Assembly: GCA_051530055.1 (NCBI GenBank)
Contig: JBMGUZ010000099.1
Location: forward strand, 1 to 6,811
Length of the DNA stretch: 6,811 bases
Direction of reading: 5' to 3'
Source of the DNA: Neoechinorhynchus agilis
Taxonomy: Eukaryota; Animalia; Acanthocephala
Made by a program: the position numbers and the translations under genes
Shown here: piece by piece, positions 5,505 through 6,811 of the stretch
How positions within the stretch are numbered: the first letter of the stretch is position 1
Layout: each line of letters starts with the position of its first letter
The notes under the pieces: generated by a model
Seen by the model: only the letters and a program-made list of their open reading frames with translations
Told to the model about the DNA's origin: nothing
Database searches by the model: none

Positions 5505-6811
5505 CACGTTTTATTTGTTGATTTACAAAGAAGAGGACCATGTACTTTTGGGTCTTCATAAACATACAGAAATTTTTTGTTTGTCTGTTCAGATGGGAAT
5601 GGCCGGTAAGGGGATGTCCGTTCGAGTGGGAATTGGCGGATATTGTTTGCAGGAGCGTTTGTAAGGTTGGTCTTTCCTCAGGTTAATTTCAAGCTATGAT
5701 ATCCGAGAAGATTTTGCGTTTGGAAAAAGGAGCTTAGGTACAGGGAGGTGTTAAATTGAGGGAGGATGAAACGGATTAGGATTAAGAGTGTTGTGTTCAT
5801 GAGAAAAGGGGCGATATGTGGTAGAAATTGTGATGGTGGGGTTGATATGCGTTTTGATTGTTTTATGAAAATAGCATCAAGGCATTCGGTGAGAGGGGAA
5901 AATCAACTGTGCAATTTTTAGAAGCTCTTCTTCTTGAAACATTTTAAGACGGCGGATTTGAGATTTAGAAAGATTGCAAAATAAAGGATAACCGTAGGCG
6001 AGGGATTGTAAGATAAAGCCGAAGTAAAATTTGTAAAGATCTGGTGAAGGGATTCCTAAATGTCGGAGACGTTTAAGGAGATAACTTTTAAAAGTGTTGC
6101 GCTTGAGGGAAAGAGAGATGTGCGAGTGCCATTTCAAATTCGATTGAAATTGGAGACCCATAATTCTTAGGGAGGTTACTCGTAGGATGTCATTTAGAAG
6201 CTCAGGGGAGAATGTAGGGTTGTGGGAGAGAGAAGAGATCATTTTGAAGCATTCAGAGAAATTGAGATGGAGTTTGTGATTGGTGCAGAAATATTTTATG
6301 TGTGTGATTTCTTTAGAGGTAATGGGTGATGAGGGTGATATCGTCGACGTTTAAGAAGAGTTTAGAGTGAGAGGAGAGAGGTTTGAGGTTGTTTAGGAAA
6401 ATATTAAAGAGAAATTGGTGATAGCACTGCACCTTGAGGTATGCCTTTGGTGAGGGATAGGCTGACCGAAGAGGTAGAACGGCACTGAATGTATTGTTTG
6501 CGATTGTGAAGATAAGATTCGAGCCAACGGATCTGCCACGAGTTAAGATAAAAGACGGAGCAGGCCGGGAGAAGGAGTGAATGGTTCACGGAGTCGAAAG
6601 CTTTAGATAAATCAAGTTAAATGAGACGGTTGACATGGGAGGGATTATTGTCGAGGTCAGGTAGAAGATTGTCATAAATGCAAAGTAGGGCATCGGTTGC
6701 AGAAAATTTGGGCCGGAAGCCAAATTTTATAGTGAAAAAGGCGAGATTTATAACATTTTTCGATGATTTTTGAAGGAGCGGCGGGTAGGATGGATATTGG
6801 ACGGAATGATT
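5505..6811 (-). mobile_element. Decayed non-LTR retrotransposon (CR1/L2-group-like), 3' part of ORF2 reverse transcriptase plus 3' UTR; continues beyond the window
   Basis: Minus-strand RT motifs in order: FRPISILP..SKIIEK (from 6806), KFGFRP, LDLSKAFDSV (6616-6587), GIPQGAVLSP (6445-6416), KLFLNVDD (YxDD site, NVDD at 6351-6340), LRIMGLQFQSNLKWHSHI, C-terminal LPQFNTSLYLSSFF; several frameshifts and in-frame stops; AATAAA at 5515-5510. Confidence 0.92.

Noticed and set aside
5877-6589. ORFs 5877-6242 and 6404-6589 as independent genes
   Set aside because: They are fragments of the frameshifted LINE ORF2.
1-6811. CRISPR array, rRNA, tRNA or prokaryotic operon features
   Set aside because: No regularly spaced direct repeats or RNA-gene signatures seen; the signals present are eukaryotic.

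Overview
AT-rich eukaryotic genomic DNA, probably from a compact invertebrate genome (candidate 45-nt spliceosomal intron, AATAAA signal, CR1/L2-like retroelement); nothing looks prokaryotic. From left to right: (1) an orphan gene (432-1040, +) for a small tail-anchored membrane protein with repeated KCFC motifs; (2) a convergent gene with an uninterrupted 519-aa CDS (2051-3610, -) whose first ~196 aa match a complete but highly divergent TATA-binding-protein (TBP) core, placed at the N-terminus and followed by a basic linker and a long Q/N/Y/P/S-rich tail; (3) its upstream region, with a perfect 24-bp E-box/CRE/E-box palindrome; (4) a 281-bp near-perfect inverted repeat (4377-4657) able to form a ~120-bp RNA hairpin, whose arm and flank may be a decayed TBP-like paralog; (5) the decayed 3' part of a non-LTR retrotransposon on the minus strand (~5505-6811). 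The most interesting signal is the divergent TBP-related factor next to a long hairpin and possible TBP-like relics. All homology calls are by-eye motif alignments and need HMM/BLAST confirmation.
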